The translations under genes were made by a program, and so were the position numbers. A DNA stretch of 64,000 nt from Fervidobacterium sp. (lineage in GTDB: Bacteria; Thermotogota; Thermotogae; Thermotogales; Fervidobacteriaceae): contig JBMFNR010000001.1 of NCBI GenBank assembly GCA_049970055.1, positions 576,001-640,000 on the forward strand. Direction: 5' to 3'. The stretch's first letter is position 1. The number at the start of each line of letters is the position of its first letter. The notes under the pieces were generated by a model. The model was given only the letters and a program-made list of their open reading frames with translations. It was not told where the DNA came from and ran no database searches. Of the stretch, positions 59,363 to 64,000 are shown piece by piece.

Positions 59363-61468
59363 TTGGTTCTGGAGTTGATAAGTTTGAAGAAAGTGATTAC
59401 AAGAGATGGAAAGTTCATAGTAAATGGAAAGGAAAAATTTTTATTCTCCGCTGAAGTGCACTATTTTAGGCTACCACCGGATGAATGGGAAGATAGGCTG
59501 ACAAAAATCAAAGAGGCGGGGTTTGATACAGTAAGCTTTTACGTGCCTTGGTTTTTCCACGAAATTGAGAACGGAGCTTTTGATTTCGAAGGAAAGAGTG
59601 GCGAAAGAAAGAACATTAAAGCTTTTGTTGAACTTACAAAAAGTTTTGGACTCGATATTATATTCAAGCCAGGTCCATATGTGATGTCGGAGTTGAAAAA
59701 TGAGGGTTTACCGGAATGGTTGTACAACACAATCCCACACGCAATAGCAAAAACACTTAACGGAGACACACATCCAACTAAAGTGTTTTCATATCTACAT
59801 AATGATTATCTGAAGTATGTGAAGAGATGGTATGACAATGTGCTACAGGTTGCTAAAGATGGCAATTTGCTTCTTATTCAAATAGATAACGAAGTAGGTA
59901 TGCTTCAATGGATAACAGGGCAAGGCGATTACAACAAAGATACGATTGAAAAGTTCAAAGAGTATTTAAAAGGACTAGGTGATAAAAGTTTGCTGGATGA
60001 ATTATCAAATTGGTCATATGGGAAGGGCTTTTCAAAAAAATTGTTGATTAAGTATCATGAATTTTCTAGGTGGTATTATTTCAACTACTTAAAAGTGCTT
60101 AGAAGATACGTAGAAGAATCAGGAATAGATGTACCTGTTATAGTTAACATACATGGTTTTGATATGGTGGAATATGCAAAGCGTGGAAAAAATTATCCTG
60201 TTGGTGTTTCACAACTAATGAAAAGTGCGTTGATAAAGAATGTCATTCTTTCTGGAGACTATTACATAGGTAATGTTATTCACGAAAATTTTTCTGATCT
60301 TGCTATCGCTAACGCAATTATGTATGCTGTACAAAGTAAAGAGCAACCTCTATTCTCCGCAGAATTTCAAAGTGGTTTTCAACTTGATAAACCAAAACTT
60401 TTACCTTCTACACTTGACTTAACTTCAAGATTGTGCATGGGTAATGGTATGAACGGAATTAACTACTATATGTTCACGGGTGGATACAATCCTAAGGGTA
60501 CAGGGTTGCTTGGAGAATACCATGATTGGCAAGCACCGATAAGTGCAGATGGAATGGTGAGAAAAAGTTATTATGTTTTGAAAGAGCTAATAAATGAAGT
60601 GAAATCAATTGAGCATGAGCTTGTAAATTCTAAACCTGTTTTCGACACGTTCTTTGGTTTCATCCCAGTTTATTACGCAACGGAATTTTTTAAGGAACAC
60701 GGTGTAGATGAAGGAGATATACATTTCAAAAGGGATATTTTGATCTTTGATGGTGTGATGAGAGCTTTGAAGTTATTGAATGTAAATTTCGGAGGCGTAA
60801 ATTTACAGGACGTTGAAATAGATGATTTAAAAAACTATCCTTCACTTTGGGTCTTTTCGCACAAATGGATGCCGAAAAGTGTACAGCAAAAACTGATTGA
60901 ATATGTCAAAATTGGTGGAAAGTTGATAATTTTTCCCGAGTTGCCAACGGAAGATGAGTTTGGGAATGAATGCTCAGAGTTAATTGAGGGCATCAACGTT
61001 AAAATTTATGAAAAGCGTAGCTGGGACTTCGCCAATGTTTTTAACACCGAGATTAATACTTACCATGTTGAATCTTACAAAGTCAATGGTGAATATGAGC
61101 AATTCGGCGTAAGTAATTATAACTATGTGTGTGCGTTTAGGAAATCTTTAGGTAAAGGAGTTATTTTCGTACTTGGTTGTGGTGTAGAAATCGAACGTGA
61201 GTACAAATTGAGCATTATTGAAAGGATTTTGGAAGTGATGCAAATCGAGAGAGCAATAAAGTTGATTGGGGAAGGCTTTGTTGATGGATATTTACGTAAG
61301 GGGAATAAAAATTTTATTTTATTCTTAAACAATTATGATGATTACATAAAGAGAACGAAAGTACTGATATACGGGAAATATTATGGAACTTATGAAGTAA
61401 ATGCTCGAAGTGGGAGGATAATAACTGTTAAGAAAGATCAATTAGAAAGTGGGAGTGTGTTGATATGA
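59363..61468 (+). CDS. GH35-family glycosidase/transglycosylase
   Basis: SAEVHYFR, YVPW..HE, KPGPY, QIDNE, SAEFQSG. The start is likely TTG 59384. Confidence 0.88.
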   Translation: MVLELISLKKVITRDGKFIVNGKEKFLFSAEVHYFRLPPDEWEDRLTKIKEAGFDTVSFYVPWFFHEIENGAFDFEGKSGERKNIKAFVELTKSFGLDIIFKPGPYVMSELKNEGLPEWLYNTIPHAIAKTLNGDTHPTKVFSYLHNDYLKYVKRWYDNVLQVAKDGNLLLIQIDNEVGMLQWITGQGDYNKDTIEKFKEYLKGLGDKSLLDELSNWSYGKGFSKKLLIKYHEFSRWYYFNYLKVLRRYVEESGIDVPVIVNIHGFDMVEYAKRGKNYPVGVSQLMKSALIKNVILSGDYYIGNVIHENFSDLAIANAIMYAVQSKEQPLFSAEFQSGFQLDKPKLLPSTLDLTSRLCMGNGMNGINYYMFTGGYNPKGTGLLGEYHDWQAPISADGMVRKSYYVLKELINEVKSIEHELVNSKPVFDTFFGFIPVYYATEFFKEHGVDEGDIHFKRDILIFDGVMRALKLLNVNFGGVNLQDVEIDDLKNYPSLWVFSHKWMPKSVQQKLIEYVKIGGKLIIFPELPTEDEFGNECSELIEGINVKIYEKRSWDFANVFNTEINTYHVESYKVNGEYEQFGVSNYNYVCAFRKSLGKGVIFVLGCGVEIEREYKLSIIERILEVMQIERAIKLIGEGFVDGYLRKGNKNFILFLNNYDDYIKRTKVLIYGKYYGTYEVNARSGRIITVKKDQLESGSVLI

Positions 61469-63837
61469 GAAGATTATTCGAGAGTAAGTATGGATATTTC
61501 ACATCGGGCGGGAAAGAGTACGTTATTACAGATCCCAGAACGCCAAGGCCCTGGGTTAATGTGATAAGTAATGGCGACTACTCAATCATAGCATCCCATA
61601 CTGGGAGCGGATATTCTTGGAGAGATAACGCAGGTCAGAATAGAATAACAAGGCTTTACCAAGATTTAATAAAGGATAACTGGGGGAAATATTATTATAT
61701 TCGCGATGTCGAAAGTAAGAAAGTGTGGTCAGCTACTTGGAAACCTGTGAAAGCACAATACCAACTTTACGAAGTGGTACATGGTATAGGTTACACAATA
61801 TACAAGCACAAGGTTGATAATGTTTATTCAGAGCTGAAAGTTTTTGTTGTCGTAAATGCACCTGTTGAAATTGCATGGCTAACAATAAAGAACGAAGGTA
61901 CTAGAGGTAGAAGACTTGATGTCACATCTTATTTTGAGTGGGTACTTGGTAATTTCCCGGACGAACACAGAGAATTTCATAAGCTTTTCATAGATCCTTC
62001 CTTTGAAGAAAATACAATTTTTGTTAGAAAGTATCTTGGGCAATTTCCCGACGAAAATGGACGCTGGAACAATACTGATTGGGATCACATTGCTTTCCAC
62101 AGTGTAAGTCTTCCTGTTAAGTCCTTCACGTGTGATAAAGAAACTTTCATAGGTATGTATGGAAATGATGAAAATCCCGATGGATTGAAATTCGATAAGC
62201 TTCCAAAAAGATGTGATCGGTTTGGGGATGCTTGTGCTTCGTTGCAAGTTGAAATTGATCTTCAGCCAGAAGAACATAAGGACATTGTCTTTACTATAGG
62301 CGCAGCAAAAATAGGTACTGAGGATCCAAAAGAACTTGCAAAACGATATACAACTGTCCAAGCAGCGATTAAAGAGTTTGAAAATGTTAAAAAATTTTGG
62401 AACAGCATGCTTGAAAACGAATTTGTTGAAACACCTGATGACGGACTTAACATCATGACAAACTATTGGTTGAAGTATCAGGCAATCTCTGGAAGAATCT
62501 GGGCAAAATCAGGTTACTATCAAGTTTCCGCTGGATATGGGTTTAGAGACCAACTTCAAGACGCGCAAATTTTCTTTGCACTTAATCCCGAGCTCGCCAG
62601 AAAACAGATACTATTACACGCTGCACATCAATTTCAAGAAGGAGATGTACTCCATTGGTGGTTCACGATACGCGGTGGAGGCCCAAGAACTCACTGCTCT
62701 GACGATTTGCTTTGGTTGCCATTTGTTACACAAGAGTACATCAAGGAAACTCTCGATTTTTTAATTTTAGATGAAGTCGTTCCATTTGTTGACGGTGGAG
62801 AAGCTACTTTATATGAGCACTGTAAACGAGCTATAGAAAAATCATTCAAGCGTTTTTCACCAAGGGGCTTGCCATTGATTGGTGAGAACGATTGGAACGA
62901 TGGCATGAATGCTGTTGGTACCGATTGGAAAGGTGAGAGTGTTTGGCTTGCACATTTTATGTACAAACTATTGAATGATTTTGTACCGATAGCTGAACAA
63001 AAAGCGGATTTCAGATTTGCAAAAAAGTGTAAAGATGTTATGGAGACGTTGCGTGAATCAGTAAACAAGTACGCGTGGGATGGTGAATGGTTTATACGCG
63101 CAACAAAAGACAGTGGTGAAGAAATTGGATCAAGTAAAAATGAAGAAGGAAAAATTTTTCTCAATGCTCAGACATGGGCAGTTATTAGCGATATTACTGA
63201 TCAACAGAGAAAATTAAAGTGCATAGAGGCTGTGAAAAAACATCTTTTAAAAGATTACGGCTCTTTGTTGCTTTATCCTGCATACACAAAGCCACAAAAA
63301 GACATAGGATATATAACACGTTATGCTCCAGGGCTACGGGAAAATGGTGGCGTGTATACACATGCTGCTACATGGGCGGTTTGGGCGTTTTCGCTTATGA
63401 AGGATGTTGAAGCAATGTACAAAGCCTATCGTGGAATATGCCCGCCGTACAGAAGTAATGACATAGATAGATACATGGCAGAACCTTACGTAACATGTGG
63501 AAATTCCGATGGACCAATTTCACCATATTATGGGCGCGGTGGATGGACTTGGTATACTGGCTCGGCTCAGTGGCTTCAGAGAATTGCAACACATTGGATA
63601 TTGGGTATTCGACCGAATTATGGATATATAGATATCGATCCAGTGATACCATCTGAGTGGGAAGGGTTCAAATATATCAGAAATTTCGATGAGGCAAAAT
63701 ATGTGATCGAAGTCAAAAATCCACAAAAAGTAAGTTACGGAGTCAAAAAGATCACATTCGATGGGAGGGAGGTTGAGAGAGTACCAATAGTTAAAGATGG
63801 TAAAACGCATATTGTAGAGGTGATTTTAGGTCATTAG
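61465..63837 (+). CDS. GH94 glycoside phosphorylase
   Basis: TPRPWVN, GFRDQLQD, SDDLLWL, DWNDG, RENGGVYTHAA, WYTGSA. Confidence 0.93.
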   Translation: MRRLFESKYGYFTSGGKEYVITDPRTPRPWVNVISNGDYSIIASHTGSGYSWRDNAGQNRITRLYQDLIKDNWGKYYYIRDVESKKVWSATWKPVKAQYQLYEVVHGIGYTIYKHKVDNVYSELKVFVVVNAPVEIAWLTIKNEGTRGRRLDVTSYFEWVLGNFPDEHREFHKLFIDPSFEENTIFVRKYLGQFPDENGRWNNTDWDHIAFHSVSLPVKSFTCDKETFIGMYGNDENPDGLKFDKLPKRCDRFGDACASLQVEIDLQPEEHKDIVFTIGAAKIGTEDPKELAKRYTTVQAAIKEFENVKKFWNSMLENEFVETPDDGLNIMTNYWLKYQAISGRIWAKSGYYQVSAGYGFRDQLQDAQIFFALNPELARKQILLHAAHQFQEGDVLHWWFTIRGGGPRTHCSDDLLWLPFVTQEYIKETLDFLILDEVVPFVDGGEATLYEHCKRAIEKSFKRFSPRGLPLIGENDWNDGMNAVGTDWKGESVWLAHFMYKLLNDFVPIAEQKADFRFAKKCKDVMETLRESVNKYAWDGEWFIRATKDSGEEIGSSKNEEGKIFLNAQTWAVISDITDQQRKLKCIEAVKKHLLKDYGSLLLYPAYTKPQKDIGYITRYAPGLRENGGVYTHAATWAVWAFSLMKDVEAMYKAYRGICPPYRSNDIDRYMAEPYVTCGNSDGPISPYYGRGGWTWYTGSAQWLQRIATHWILGIRPNYGYIDIDPVIPSEWEGFKYIRNFDEAKYVIEVKNPQKVSYGVKKITFDGREVERVPIVKDGKTHIVEVILGH

Positions 63838-63872
63838 TGTTCTCTACATTCATCTAAAGGGAGGAAAGTTGT

Positions 63873-64000
63873 ATGAAAAAAGTACTGTTAATTAGCATGA
63901 TCATGGTAGTATCGATTTTAAGTGTTGCAGAAAAGGTAACGATAACCTATGTAAATTGGAACTTAGGACTTGATATCGAAAAGGCTATGGTCCAAGAGTT
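63873..64000 (+). CDS. Sugar ABC substrate-binding protein, N-terminus (truncated by the window)
   Basis: GGGAGG RBS; MKKVLLISMIMVVSILSVAEKVTITYVNWN. Confidence 0.7.
   Translation, partial: MKKVLLISMIMVVSILSVAEKVTITYVNWNLGLDIEKAMVQE

Overview
AT-rich chromosomal segment of a Thermotogota bacterium, most likely Fervidobacterium. This is inferred from the ftsA-ftsZ-pilB order, fused pyrBI, hydCBA-rex, TM287/288-type exporter and GGAGGTGA-type RBSs. Most of it is core genome: cell division, ruvB-yggS-yggT-nadK-phoU-lptF/D-tilS-ftsH, pyrBI, two [FeFe]-hydrogenases with the hydG/hydE/hydF maturases and Rex boxes, a small glycosyltransferase cluster, and a LacI-controlled GH35/GH35/GH94 sugar locus. 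The most striking anomaly is in rarA (mgsA), which is cleanly split by a 1158-bp insertion bounded by a 3-bp ACC repeat. The insertion encodes no recombinase. It carries a consensus promoter, four TTAGAC-N3-GTCTAA-like boxes nested in two 39-bp palindromes, and a single class II glutamine amidotransferase. Other leads are a terminator/antiterminator RNA switch in the hydG operon leader, an LptF/G-LptD fusion with an internal signal peptide, an ABC importer co-oriented with hydF-aspA, and a one-base frameshift in a probable beta-barrel gene. No rRNA, tRNA, CRISPR array, transposase or integrase was seen. All calls are from reading motifs by eye; no database search was run.
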